NCBI GenBank assembly: GCA_937625935.1
Contig: OW569347.1
Coordinates: forward strand, 186,001-250,000
DNA: 64,000 nucleotides
Origin: Tetramitus jugosus
Taxonomy: Eukaryota > Protista > Heterolobosea
Direction: 5' to 3'
Position numbers and translations under genes: made by a program. This document shows positions 19,961-32,137 of this stretch, one piece after another (the stretch's first letter is position 1; each line of letters begins with the position of its first letter). The notes beneath the pieces were generated by a model. The model was not told where the DNA came from. It was given only the letters and a program-made list of their open reading frames with translations, and did no database searches.

Positions 19961-22900
19961 TTATTGTTGTTGTGGCGGTTTCGGTTGAGTAGATGAAGAT
20001 TTCTTGCTACTCGATTGTTGTGGTTGTTGTTGCTGGGGTGCTTGTTGCTGAATCTGTTGTTGATATTGCTGTTGGTACTGTTGTTGCTGTTGCTGTTGGT
20101 TGACCATCGAAGAATAGTAATAAGCGTATTGGGGATACATGTAGGGGTATGCTGGATGCATTTGTTGTGGCAAGGCAGAGTAGTTGTACATTGGCATCTG
20201 GATGGACTGAGGATGCATAACGGGACGATTGTACAGGGACTGAGCATGCGATTGTTGTTGCTGTTGAACGGGGTTCGATTGGGGTTGTTGTTGGTATTGA
20301 TGTGGTTGAAACTGTGGTGTGGCTGTTGCAATCGGTTGTGGGAGACTGGAGTATGGTTTCTTTGCCTGTACAGGATTCAACTTGCTTGTGGCATCATTGT
20401 TCAGCTCATATTGATGGAAGATGAAGTGGGCAGCAGGGACAGGAGCTGCCGTGGAATTAGTGGTAGTCTTGCTCTGTGTTGCTCTCTGAGCCTTTGGCGC
20501 AGCATTCGAGGTCATTGTCGAAACTGTGGAGATAGGAGCTGCTTGTGCAGAGGTAGGTTTAGGAGTCATGCTTGTTGGTTGACTGGTGAGCACAGGTGGT
20601 GCTGATGAGCCAGTACTTGAGGTGATTGATGAAGAAATAGCGTTGTTCACGGGTTGAGTTGATGACACTGCAGATGTTGTCGATGGAAGCTCTGAACTAC
20701 CTGTGCTACTCGAGTCTGACACGACTGGCGTGGTACGAGCAGCCAACACAATCTTTGGTTTCTGAGATTTCTGAGGTTCATGTCTCACGTTCTTAGGTTT
20801 TGGCTTTTTCTCCTTTGTCTTTTCCACCTGCAGGTTAGTCCCTGATGTTGGTTTCTTACTCTCCTTTTTATCTTTTGGAGGTACCTTTGCTTTGTCAGTG
20901 GGCTGACTTGTTTCCTTCTCCTTTGAGGCTGCTGCCTTCTTTTTCCCTTTACCAGTGGAGAGATCAATTTTGTAGGTGGCTTCTGCAAAGTCAATAGCTG
21001 CTTGAACATTGCTCTTGTTAGGTGTAAACACTGAGAAAGCATTGCACTTCCGAATTGCTGATTCTAGTATTCGAACTAACTTTTTGATTTTGCCATCGGT
21101 ATCATTTGCCCAAAAAGTGTCACTAGAATACACCAATAGCTCACACAAGTATCGCAACAATGCCATTTGATCAGTACTATTAGGGTTTGGTCCTAGCTTA
21201 TCAAGTACGACCTTCGCAAACATTTGTAGTGCAAACTTCGCACAACTAGTTAAAGAAAGATCTGTGGTATCAATTTTCTTTTTCAGTCCAGCGTAGAGCA
21301 TCGAGAACGCCTCCAAATTCTTTGTTTTCCGCAATACTTTCACAAATAATCGAGTACACTTGTTCCTCCATTTTCTAAAGTTTAGATGCTTGTAGCTGAT
21401 AATCTCATTATCATCCACCCATAGTTTATATTCAAATGTGGCAGGCTTATCACCTTGGCTCTGCCTCTTCTTAATAATAGTTGAGAACAAAAGTTCTGCT
21501 TTGTTCCATTCGTGCCATGGTCCTTGTGATAGACATTCACTCAGCCTAAATAATGACTTGTGGTGGAATTGAGAGACACGGAGACAACTAGCGAAGCCTG
21601 TCACAACATTTGTCCAAACTCTCGTTGGCTCACTTGCTTCAGATGAATTAGTATCGATAAAACTTAAAACTCCTGGAGTTTGCTCGAGATAGCCAACGCC
21701 ACCTTTTTTCATCTTCTTGGTTGCGACATTCGAATCGAACATGTACTGGGAAACAATTGAAATGTACCTTGATTCATCGAGAACAAGCAGACGCAATCGT
21801 TCGCGTTGTAGGTGATAAAGCGGCAGCACTGATGTTTTGGTACTGTTTAGCGATAACTGATAAGCTTGCATCAAAAGGTCCAAGTATCCCTTGGCATCTT
21901 CAGGATTCGTTCTTGATCGTATTAGCCCCAGTAACATTGAATATCTCCAATCCTTCGTGTGCTTCGTCATACCGAGCGTCAGATATTTTGTACATTGAGA
22001 CAGAAGAGATGCCTTATCAAAGTTAAAGAATTTAAGTTTCAGCAATGAGTACAGAAGCAGACAGAGACCAATTAGACTATTTTCATCTTCAGGGTCAATC
22101 TGAATTGCAATTTTAGATGCCTGGAGAGCCCTTCCTGCGAGACAATGAATGTCAGAGCGGAAAGATGCATCTTCACTCAGACGAAGGTGACGTCTCACAT
22201 CTTTGTTTTTCAGAATTCGTTCATGCTCATATGTTAAGTCGGCAATGTCAATCATACTATCAACCAAAGTTCGATATTTCAGACTAAGTTGAGACCATGC
22301 TTCACTATCTTTAGGGGCACAAATACATGCCTTCACCAAGAAGTAAATAGATTGAGAGAACTGGAACGAGCTTTGATTGTTTGAGGGCTCAGTAAGGATA
22401 GGAGGAATGAGATCGGATGAAGCTGATACATTCTTTGCTATATAGAGTCCTACTAAATAGTAGATGCTAGTGTAGACATCGGCATACTTTTCCGTAGATA
22501 AATCCAATGTAGGGAGAGTTAGAACAGGATCGTTCAGAGTCTCGTTGGCACTATCTAACAACTCAAAGACACCTTCACGTACTGGATCGCAAGCAGTTGG
22601 AAGCCATCTAAATCCATTGTGTATCAGAATGAGAACTTTCTCAATCTCCTTTCTGACTTGTTGATTAGTATTAAATGATTCTTCCGCTTCGTGTCTAATT
22701 AGATAAAACGCAATGGCACAGTGATTAGTGTTTCTGGATAACTTTGCATAATTATCTTGCAATTCATGTTCGATATACTCTTTTCCATCATCATTCTTAA
22801 AGACATTCAGATCAGTCGTTAGCTTCACACCATAATACACATAGATTACATTTAAAACTTCTTTTCTGATATTGTCGTAGTTCTCTTTGATTGACAGGTT

Positions 22901-25417
22901 TGAACCAGCTTCTGCAATCTTGTGGTAGTGATATAATTCTTGGATCAAGAAATTGAAAAGGAGCTTCTTACGTTGATGACTCCTAAAGAACTTGAGCATG
23001 ATGAGTCGAGTAAACGGCAAAAACGAGTATCTGCAGAATTCGCTCTTGAACACGGCAATTCTATAAAGCAGAATTAAGCACAAAACAGCCATCGAATTGT
23101 CCTCTCTTAGTCCTTGAAGATAATCTAACACTCGAAGAATATGCTTCACAACTAGCACTCGTACGCTCGATGGGCAGATCGAAAAGTCCCGACCAGATGA
23201 TTCCGTAACGAGAAAATGAAGAGCTCTCTTAACTCTCCTCATCCTATTTTCAATGAAATCTTCATCAACGGCAGATAATACAAAGGTAGCAATTGAAAGT
23301 ATTGTTCGCGCATCCAGACCCATCTGATCATCAGGTTTAATATCAGCCAAGATTTCAAATATTGTCGTAAGGGCCGAGTTTTTGGTCGCTTCGTTGTTAA
23401 TTTTCGATAGGGTATCACCACTAAACAGTTGTAGAGCCTCCTTGTATTGTAGAGAAGAGGAAAGTACTCGAGCTTTGGACAAGCTTTTGTCAACATCGAA
23501 TTCTTTCAATTTCGTTAACAGGACATTTCTTGTTACGATCCAATCATCGTTTAACTGCGGAAGAATTACACGTTGTAACGGATGATTCTCTATCAGTCTT
23601 AAGCATTCCAAAAGATGAGATTTCGATATTGCTGAATTATGTAATGCATATTGAATCAAAGCAGCGAGCCAGTTCAAAGCTATTAGCTGTGAATCATTAA
23701 AAATTGAGGATAAATCGGCTCGTCTTCCACAAATCAAGTCAATACTAAACGAGGATAGAATTTTTCTAGCGGTAATAAATGATCTCTTGTACTGCTGATC
23801 TTTGTCAGCTTGTGCCTCCGAGTAATACAACTCGATTAACTTCAAACAACTTGAAGCAGGGAGCTGATAGTTATGAGATATCAGCCGCTCATATATCGTG
23901 AATATACAGTGCTTTAACTGTTTGGAAATCCGGCTATCAGATAGATGAGAACATAATTGTTCAATAGTTTTCAGACTTAAGTCCAATAAGCCAGGCGTTT
24001 GATGTTTAAATGTTTCAACAAATAATTCAAGGTTCTGTGATTCCAGAGTTTTGCAATTATTGACTTCAAGTGTTTCTGTTGATTTGTCTTCAACAAATTC
24101 TTCAGCATCCAACACTAAAATCTCAGTGATACCAGCACTTAGAGCGGGTGCGAGTTTGTTGCGCTTAGATTGCCTATTATCTGATTCATCGTTATTGGCA
24201 GTTCGCCTCCTCTTTCTTTTCACAGATTGCTCGTTTGTATCATTGGTAATGTCAATGATATCTACGCTATCTTGCGCATCTCCGTTCGTTGAATCGTCAT
24301 GTTGCAGATTCTCGCTCGTTGGTTGGCTAATAGGGACATTGTCCACTTGGAGTATCACAGCACCATTCAGATCAGAACCCTTATCACATCTCTCATTGTA
24401 CAATTTAGTAAGTGCGAGAAGCAGCGACTCCCAAGTAGCATTACTGGGTAGAGAAAGTACGGAACAGGACGATTGGTCAATGCTGATAGGAACAGAAATT
24501 TCAGCGCCATCTGAAACACTAGCAGAGGCTTTCGCATCTAGGTTCTTTAAAACTTCATTCGTCCATTGTTGATTGTAGGTATCAAACGTACATTTGTTGT
24601 AGATTGCTCTAGCTAAATCATATGAGGGATCCTGTGCTAATACCTTTTGCGTGATCCACTCACAATCTCCATAATCACCTATAATATATAACACTTCCAT
24701 TAGTGACACGAGAGCAAGCGGATGCTTTGGGCTATATTTTAGAGTATATTCAAATGCCATTCTTGCAAGACTGTAATCCAAGCAATTATAGGCACACTGT
24801 CCGAAATTGAACCACACAGCTGCATCAGTATCATCAATTTGCAGCGCTTTGGAATAAAATGAACAAGCCTGGACAAACTTTTTCTGTTTTTGCAGAATAA
24901 CAGCCACATTCTTCAATGACAAGTACTTGATAAACAGAAACACATTCTGTTGTAATTGATTTGTGGATATAACAGTCTTTTCAGCAAGCGTCAACCGGTT
25001 ATCCACAGGCACTACCAAATCAGAGAAGCAACATTCATCGTCCATCACTGCATCAGCAACATGTTGATTCTCCAATAGTTTCATGTAGCACCACAATGCA
25101 CTGTCCAACTCATCCCTTGTCTGAAACAAGAGTGCCTTCTCATACAGTCCCTTACAATCAGCTTCTTCTCTCTCTTTTGTGACTCGATTGGCAGCACCAC
25201 TCGATGAATGAGAGGATGCAAGTGCCACACCATACATTCGCCTGTTTGCATTCGTCAGAGTAGATGTTGTGTTTGCACGATGTCTCTTGTCCAACACTTG
25301 GTTTCTCTTCTTTTTGCGAATGAGCTTTTTCGTCGTTGTTGCCGTTGACGATGGTTGTTGGTGATTGGTACCACCGACCATATTAAGATTCATCGTTTCT
25401 TCTTGTGATCCATCCAT
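19961..25417 (-). CDS. CABIN1: CABIN1/HIR3 TPR subunit of the HIRA histone chaperone
   Basis: TKEREEADCKGLYEKAL...KYLSLKNVA...ALQIDDTDAAVWF...LARMAFEYTL...PKHPLAL..LMEVLYIIGDY matches the CABIN1 N-terminal TPRs. Q-rich tail. Start estimated at MDGSQE. Confidence 0.85.
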   Translation of the reverse strand: MDGSQEETMNLNMVGGTNHQQPSSTATTTKKLIRKKKRNQVLDKRHRANTTSTLTNANRRMYGVALASSHSSSGAANRVTKEREEADCKGLYEKALLFQTRDELDSALWCYMKLLENQHVADAVMDDECCFSDLVVPVDNRLTLAEKTVISTNQLQQNVFLFIKYLSLKNVAVILQKQKKFVQACSFYSKALQIDDTDAAVWFNFGQCAYNCLDYSLARMAFEYTLKYSPKHPLALVSLMEVLYIIGDYGDCEWITQKVLAQDPSYDLARAIYNKCTFDTYNQQWTNEVLKNLDAKASASVSDGAEISVPISIDQSSCSVLSLPSNATWESLLLALTKLYNERCDKGSDLNGAVILQVDNVPISQPTSENLQHDDSTNGDAQDSVDIIDITNDTNEQSVKRKRRRTANNDESDNRQSKRNKLAPALSAGITEILVLDAEEFVEDKSTETLEVNNCKTLESQNLELFVETFKHQTPGLLDLSLKTIEQLCSHLSDSRISKQLKHCIFTIYERLISHNYQLPASSCLKLIELYYSEAQADKDQQYKRSFITARKILSSFSIDLICGRRADLSSIFNDSQLIALNWLAALIQYALHNSAISKSHLLECLRLIENHPLQRVILPQLNDDWIVTRNVLLTKLKEFDVDKSLSKARVLSSSLQYKEALQLFSGDTLSKINNEATKNSALTTIFEILADIKPDDQMGLDARTILSIATFVLSAVDEDFIENRMRRVKRALHFLVTESSGRDFSICPSSVRVLVVKHILRVLDYLQGLREDNSMAVLCLILLYRIAVFKSEFCRYSFLPFTRLIMLKFFRSHQRKKLLFNFLIQELYHYHKIAEAGSNLSIKENYDNIRKEVLNVIYVYYGVKLTTDLNVFKNDDGKEYIEHELQDNYAKLSRNTNHCAIAFYLIRHEAEESFNTNQQVRKEIEKVLILIHNGFRWLPTACDPVREGVFELLDSANETLNDPVLTLPTLDLSTEKYADVYTSIYYLVGLYIAKNVSASSDLIPPILTEPSNNQSSFQFSQSIYFLVKACICAPKDSEAWSQLSLKYRTLVDSMIDIADLTYEHERILKNKDVRRHLRLSEDASFRSDIHCLAGRALQASKIAIQIDPEDENSLIGLCLLLYSLLKLKFFNFDKASLLSQCTKYLTLGMTKHTKDWRYSMLLGLIRSRTNPEDAKGYLDLLMQAYQLSLNSTKTSVLPLYHLQRERLRLLVLDESRYISIVSQYMFDSNVATKKMKKGGVGYLEQTPGVLSFIDTNSSEASEPTRVWTNVVTGFASCLRVSQFHHKSLFRLSECLSQGPWHEWNKAELLFSTIIKKRQSQGDKPATFEYKLWVDDNEIISYKHLNFRKWRNKCTRLFVKVLRKTKNLEAFSMLYAGLKKKIDTTDLSLTSCAKFALQMFAKVVLDKLGPNPNSTDQMALLRYLCELLVYSSDTFWANDTDGKIKKLVRILESAIRKCNAFSVFTPNKSNVQAAIDFAEATYKIDLSTGKGKKKAAASKEKETSQPTDKAKVPPKDKKESKKPTSGTNLQVEKTKEKKPKPKNVRHEPQKSQKPKIVLAARTTPVVSDSSSTGSSELPSTTSAVSSTQPVNNAISSSITSSTGSSAPPVLTSQPTSMTPKPTSAQAAPISTVSTMTSNAAPKAQRATQSKTTTNSTAAPVPAAHFIFHQYELNNDATSKLNPVQAKKPYSSLPQPIATATPQFQPHQYQQQPQSNPVQQQQQSHAQSLYNRPVMHPQSIQMPMYNYSALPQQMHPAYPYMYPQYAYYYSSMVNQQQQQQQYQQQYQQQIQQQAPQQQQPQQSSSKKSSSTQPKPPQQQ

Positions 25418-25739
25418 ATCTATTATTTTCAAATAATAATATGACTTATCAAGCTCTTCTTTGTTTTTCGATTCGCTTTCTTTGATGCCGTTTTTCGTGG
25501 AGGGAAAAACGACCACCAAAAAAATGGCGCGAAGTTTTAGCTTAATGCCCCGCAAACCTCTTTCCTTTTTGATCGTCAGGCAAAAATACATCTGAAAATC
25601 CTTTGACAAAATGTGTTTGCCTTCCTTCTTCGAAAAAGCAGCTCCCTGTTTCGAAATTGGAACAAGAAACCACAACCAACACAACAGAACAAACTCTTTA
25701 AAAATCAAAGAACAACCAACCACTGCCCCTTCGTAAAAC

Positions 25740-26379
25740 ATGGTCATCTCATCCAATGAAATACACGATCGACTCAAACAGCTCTACCAACACAAGCAAG
25801 AGCTGCTCAAACAATTCATTCATCAATCATCACTGTCATCTCCACTGGGCAACATTTCAATTCAAATGCAAAACAATGAAGCTTCCATCCGATACTACAC
25901 TGATCTCTTAAACAAGTGTCAACAACAACAACAACAACAGAGACAACAGCAACAGCGACAGACTGTAGTGGGTGATGATGATGATGATGAATTTGGGTTC
26001 GTGTCCAACATGGATCTCAATGATATCCCATCACCATCAATACTATCGAATCAAACAAGGTCTAATCAACAACAACAACAACAACCGAATCGGATACAGC
26101 AACAACAACATGTACATGCCTCTAATCGATCAATACCCATGACAATAACACCAACACCTACAACAACAACAACAACCACAACATCTGCTGTATCAAAAAG
26201 CAATACAATATACGATTATCACCACCACCATCATCCCATTCATCACACAACTACCACTCCAACTACTTCACCAACTCCTCCTATGATGATGCATAACAAA
26301 AATAATAATAATAATAGCAATCGAAATGCGAGTCGGTCACAGAGACTATTGAACATGAATATTTGGAATCAACCATCTC

Positions 26380-26411
<32 letters not shown>

Positions 26412-28232
26412 CCACCACATGTAGTACAACAACAACAACAGACATCTCCTACAGTTGTCACTCATCACAATCAACAGAGCAATGATTTGATCTCTACATC
26501 CAAAAAGTCTCCTCTCATCACACCATCAAGTAGTACGAATCAACACTTGTTACTCAACAAAGAACAACAACAACAACAACAACAACGAAATGCATCATTA
26601 TCATCACCCGTACCATCATTATCATCACCCACAACAACACTCTTCTCCAATCCAAAACAACCAATATCGATATCGATTGATGAACAATACATGGACAAAT
26701 TGGATCAATTGAACACGAGGCACATGCAGCATTCTGAACAAAAAGAACAGATATCACAAAACCATTTAATGTCAAGTAATCAGCATGATAACAATAGTGG
26801 TGATAGTGGTGGATACGCCAATTCAGAACAAGCCAATTTGAGTTTGAAACAAATAGGATTACCGCACACAAATCATCACAGCAATACTAACAATAACAAT
26901 AGCAATAATAGCAATCAGATGACAACAAATGACACGGATGAGGACAACAGTGACTGTCCTCATTCAAGCCACAATCATCATCATGATGAGAATAATGACG
27001 ATGATGGAGATGACGATGTTTCCATTTATTCGGAAATGTCGGCTGATGACTTGTCGATTATCGCGGATCACGAACTACAAGATTTGGACGATTTGATTGA
27101 AGATGATATGAATGAGTGCGAGCATAGAATTAGTAGTGTGCCATCCAACGAGAAATTGCTTCAAACAATGCACAATTTGGAGACGGATATTAAACAGACG
27201 GATGCCGATCGTATCATGGATCAATGGGAACAAACGATTGAAACACCAATGGATGATGGTGATGATCAGATGAATGGAAATGATGGTCATGATGATGATA
27301 ATGATGATGATGACGATGGCGTGATTGGTGGAATTGGCATAGGAAACAACGTGCCATCACTGTTCGTGATGAATGAAGAAGCACAAGTGGCAAAATCGGA
27401 CAAGGATGGTCGCCATCATCATGATGAAGAAGACGATGACGATGATATCATCATGGATCAACAACAATCATCATGGAATGTGAATCACCAGGAAGAGGAT
27501 CATTCGTCAATTGAGATTGATAGTCAGTTGTTGGAGCAAGAATTGAATGATTTGGAACGAGAGGCGATGGATGAACGAAGAAAGCAGCAATTTTTGCAGT
27601 CGCAAGAGTTTCTCATGGACCTCGACATGTATCAACAGGAATATGAGTCATTAGCGAGAGAAATGGTCATCAATTTGAAGAAGAGGCAACTGCTGCACAT
27701 CTTCTTCTACAAATTGGTCAAATCAGATAGAGACAACAGACGAAATCATGGAGCTCACTTCAAACAACCAACAGACGACTCGCAAGAACAGGACAAGATT
27801 ATATCGGAGGAACAGTTGAGTAACAATGGAAAAGTAGTGCGCTTGTATCAATCTGGAAAGAAGGTAGTCATTAATTTGCCGAGTCGATCCGTAAAGGTGT
27901 TCTTGCCGAATGGACATATTGTCACTCGGTATAGGAATGGTGACATGAAGCGCATTGTGCCCAAAAAGTGTATTGAGATGTTCATACGAAATAGTCAGAG
28001 TTGTTCCATCACTCATGCGGATCACTCACGAACATTCTTTAGCTTTGCTCTCGGGCAATGTGAAAAGCGCTTCCCAGAGGACTTTGTCAATCAATTTGGT
28101 GTCGAGAAGATTGTGCTGCTAAGATATAATCAGAAAATACTCGTTCGACAAGATGGTCCTCGTGAAGTGCTGTTGCGAAGTGGACACAAGAAGTTAGTTC
28201 CTCGCATGCTTGATAATAAAAGTCATCCTTGA
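25740..28232 (+). CDS. Low-complexity protein with C-terminal Tcp10/SAS-4(CPAP)-like TCP domain
   Basis: C-terminal PNG/NGD beta-hairpin repeats (GKVVRLYQSG...FLPNGHIVTRYRNGDMKRIVP...GQCEKRFPE...VRQDG). Poly-Q/T/H/D N-terminus. Confidence 0.65.
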
Positions 28233-28256
28233 ATTGTTTAACAATTTAATATGTCC

Positions 28257-30718
28257 TTAAGTGCTAAAATCGTAGATTCCAACCAGACCAGAGTTATTGG
28301 CAGTCACAAGTAGATTAGAAGTCATATCTAACGATGTCATGAGACCAGAAGATGGCTCAATGGCGTACTTGTTATGTGGCTCTAGACTATTGATGAATTG
28401 ACCTGTGGATCGATCAGACACCACAACAGATCCCAATAGAGTACCAGACACAATCATATCACGATGGATTCGCATGCCTCGGATAGATCCTTGCGATGAT
28501 AAATTAATAGTTTGTACATGTGAATGACTAATGCCTGATGTTCTGTCCGAACTTCTCCTGATATCGAAAATGTTGATAATTCCAGACATATGACCTGTTA
28601 CCAATTCGTAACCATTCCAACCTAACTCAAATACAGCTTTAGAGGACGCATCATACTGAAATATGCTTTCCTTTGCGCGCGTATCAATCAATGCTAAACT
28701 TCCTTTGGAGGAACCAACCATGATACACTGATCAAATAACTGATGTTTATCCTCTGCAATTGCATAAATGTACCCTTCGAGTCCATGTTGAAAACTCGCT
28801 GCGAATGATCGACTCGTTATATTATATGTTTGGATTGAAGGATCCTCTCCTGCAACCAGCAAAGTGCTATCCATCACCAGCATATCCCATATCGCTCTTG
28901 AGTACACATTTGATATCACGTGCAACTGTCTTCCCGACAACATATCCCAAAACATGACACACTTATACTGACAACTATTCGAGACAACTTTTCTGGATCA
29001 AAAACGCTACATAACACTGCATCCGAGTGTCCATTAAAAGTCCGAATGGTGCGCAACTCTATATCTTTGCCCGTATTCAAATTATATACATCATGCAAGT
29101 GCAGACTACCAGATCTCGATCCAGTTAACAACACAGCATGATCACTTGATTCAACAAACGAATCATTTGTTACTGACCTAGTAGTGTTTTCAGTTCTCCG
29201 ATTGTGAATTCTCGTCTGCTCATAAATATTTTTCAAATGTCGCACCATCTGATCTCCTGTTTTCCCATAGACACAGCAAATGTTAGGTGCACCTTGAATG
29301 TTGAATTGTGCGTAACTATATCGTCCAACACTCCAATTCGTTCTCACTCGATAGGATTGCACAAATGCATTGATACCTGATTTGTTACCACGGACAACCG
29401 ATTCGATCTCATAGTCATCCATTGACATCTTTTCACACAACTGCCGACAGGTTCTTGGCTCTGATATTATAGAATCCCACAATCGACAAACAGCTCTATT
29501 CTTCAATATATTAGATATGGACAAGTAGAAAAAGATGTGGCAATAAATATCACTATCCATAACCATCATCATCTGCCTCAACTTCAGTCTCTTCATCTGA
29601 TAATCTGAAAATACTGAACGTCGATTCTGCTTGATTTCGTCTTGGTCCATACTGTCATTCGATACATGGAAAGAAATTTGTGAACGAGCACTCACTTCAT
29701 AAAATGCTTGCAACAGACTGGATGCATCAGGCCTGTCATCAGGATTCGCCACCAACATGCTCCTTGCCATCGTTTCTGCCAACAGGAGCAATTTTTGATC
29801 CTCTGCTTCAAAATTCTCTCTCACAGACTGAAAAATGGCAGCTGGATTATTCAATATCTGATACGCAAAATCAATTCTCTTCCACAGCAAGAGCTCTAAC
29901 AATGTACATCCCGCTCCAAAAATATCAACCTTAAAGTCATACTTTGGATTTTCATTGCGCAACTCTGGTGCAATATAGCCCTGTGTTCCCAGAACAGATG
30001 ACGCAAAAGCCGAGTCACTCATTAACCTTCTCGCAAATCCCATATCTCCCAACTGAATTTTACCCCTGTTCAAAAAACAGTTATCAGGCTTTACATCTCT
30101 ATGAATCACATGATTCTGATGCATGTACTGCAGAGCACTCAATATCTGATGCATCCATGTCATGATTCTCTGCAAGTTCAGAATACCTGTTGATATGTGA
30201 GTATGGTCACGATGTTGTTGTTTCTTCTTCTTCAAATCATGCCTCTTTAATATAGTTCTCAATGTGCCTTGGTTACAATAGTCGAACACGAGACAGACAA
30301 ACCATAGCTCTTCACTGGAAAATACATCACACGAGGGAAGACTCATAATATAGTCATGTTCATAGTCAGCTGCATGTTGTTCAGCATTGTGATATGATTT
30401 GACTGTCATAGTAATGTTTGGTGATCGGAGTGATTGCTGTTGCTGTTGTGGATGATGATGTCGATGTTGTTTATGAACAAAGAAACTTCGAATGTTGACA
30501 ATGTGATCATGTTGTCGAAGTTGCATGCAACAGGAAGCTTCGTGCAAAATTACATTGAGGTGCGTAATGGAACTGACGTGACATTTCTTGAGAGCAAAGC
30601 TTTTGGCCTCATTGTTCGTAGTGCTGTCGGAGATTGTTTTTGGCGCCATATATGTGCACCTGTAGACAGAACTGGTGGCTCCCCTACCAATCAACTCATG
30701 CACCTGATAATTGTCCAT
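28257..30718 (-). CDS. NEK-like kinase - F-box - WD40 fusion protein with an apparent frameshift near 28965
   Basis: GRGATSSV, ALKK, HRDVKPDN, DMG, GTQGYIAPE. F-box DIYCHIFFYLSISNILKNRAVCRLWD. A WD repeat GHSDAVLCSVFD...IVVS continues as KCVMFWD in a different frame (ORF 28257-28955). Confidence 0.8.
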
Positions 30719-30830
30719 TGATTTCCATTCACTTAGTCACAACGTTGGAGTCAAATAATCAATCAAAAATGAAGCTCGTGTTATCTGTTTTTGTTCCTCC
30801 GGAGAAACCTCAAAAAACAATCAAACAAAA

Positions 30831-32084
30831 ATGACAACCACAACAACCATTGTAGCTCCATACAACAATGACAATCCCCAGTTTGTGAATCTGAGTCAAG
30901 GAAAAACACGATACCTCCTAGATCGTTTCCCCACCCTCTCAACAAACAATAATAACAATAGCTTGGCTGAAAATAACGACGTTGAAAATCACCTCGTTGT
31001 TTGTGTTCACGGCATTGGTTCCTACAGCTATACTTGGCACTTTTTATCCGAGCATATCCTCTCATCTGCTTCATCTGCTTCCTCTGCTCTCGTAGTAAAC
31101 GACTCAATCAACACAAATGATGATTGTGATGAAAATGACAAAAAGAACTCGAATAAGAAAATGAGTGTTCAAGTGTTGAGATATGACTTGTACGGCAGAG
31201 GTCTATCCGATGATCCACCAGTCAACCATGATGCTCCTCTCTTTGTTGATCAATTGTTTGAATTGTTGAGTGCACTTGAATTTGTTGACAAGCAGAAGAA
31301 GGATGGCGATGATGATACGACAGCATATCGATCCAACAATGTTCGAATCACTCTGCTCGGTCATAGCATGGGCGGAGGAATTGCAGTGGCATTTGCGGAG
31401 AAATACCCTGACCTGATTGACAGATTGGTGTTGATTACGGCTGCTTGTACACCGTTTAGTTTACCGTTTGGTGCTGGTTTGTTGAAAGTGTCTCGTCTGG
31501 GTGAATGGATCTATGGTGCCAAGAATTATTTGAGTGATGCTCGGAGTGCCATTCGTCAAGAGTTTTATGACTCGGCAGCATCGGAGAGGGGCATTGAATG
31601 GATCTTGAAACACAAGGACATGGTTGATCAACAAAAGAGTAGTGCTAGCTTCTTGAACAGCTTTCGTAACTTTCCATTGCAGGGATTAAGTGATGCGTTG
31701 GTGCGTGTGGGTCAATTGTTTGCAGAGAAGCGCGTGTTGATTGTGTGGGCCATGTACGACACTACAGTTCCGCCCACAGATTGCTTCATGGAGTTCTGGA
31801 AAGCGTTTCCATCGCGTACCAACCATCAATTCATCATCATGGCCAATTGCAGACATACATTGCATCAGGAGAGAACCGAAGATATGAATACAATTGTGAG
31901 TAACTTTGTGTTGGGTGGTGAGAAAAAAGATATGGATCGCTTGATTCGCAATGTCAAAGTCGTGAGCAATTGGGCCGAGTGTGAATTGTTGGACCAGAAC
32001 AGGGATCGAAAGTACAGAAACTTTTGGGAGCAGTTTGACAAGGATCACAGTGCATCTGACAAGAACAGATATCGGATCGTGTAA
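30831..32084 (+). CDS. Alpha/beta hydrolase
   Basis: VCVHGIG, YDLYGRGLSD, nucleophile elbow GHSMGG, late catalytic His (CRHTL). Confidence 0.9.
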   Translation: MTTTTTIVAPYNNDNPQFVNLSQGKTRYLLDRFPTLSTNNNNNSLAENNDVENHLVVCVHGIGSYSYTWHFLSEHILSSASSASSALVVNDSINTNDDCDENDKKNSNKKMSVQVLRYDLYGRGLSDDPPVNHDAPLFVDQLFELLSALEFVDKQKKDGDDDTTAYRSNNVRITLLGHSMGGGIAVAFAEKYPDLIDRLVLITAACTPFSLPFGAGLLKVSRLGEWIYGAKNYLSDARSAIRQEFYDSAASERGIEWILKHKDMVDQQKSSASFLNSFRNFPLQGLSDALVRVGQLFAEKRVLIVWAMYDTTVPPTDCFMEFWKAFPSRTNHQFIIMANCRHTLHQERTEDMNTIVSNFVLGGEKKDMDRLIRNVKVVSNWAECELLDQNRDRKYRNFWEQFDKDHSASDKNRYRIV

Positions 32085-32137
32085 ATAAAGTAATGCAGTC
32101 ATTTAGAAAAAATGAGGGTTGTGGTATTATTGTTAAT

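Noticed and set aside
25418-25777. Extra 120 N-terminal codons of the 1938-aa ORF
   Set aside because: It overlaps the divergent promoter and the start of the neighbouring gene. The sequence looks non-coding.
25920-26600. (CAA)n/(ACA)n microsatellite tracts (also 7320-7460, 20020-20100, 45060-45260)
   Set aside because: These are in-frame poly-Q/T/S coding repeats typical of this genome, not independent elements.
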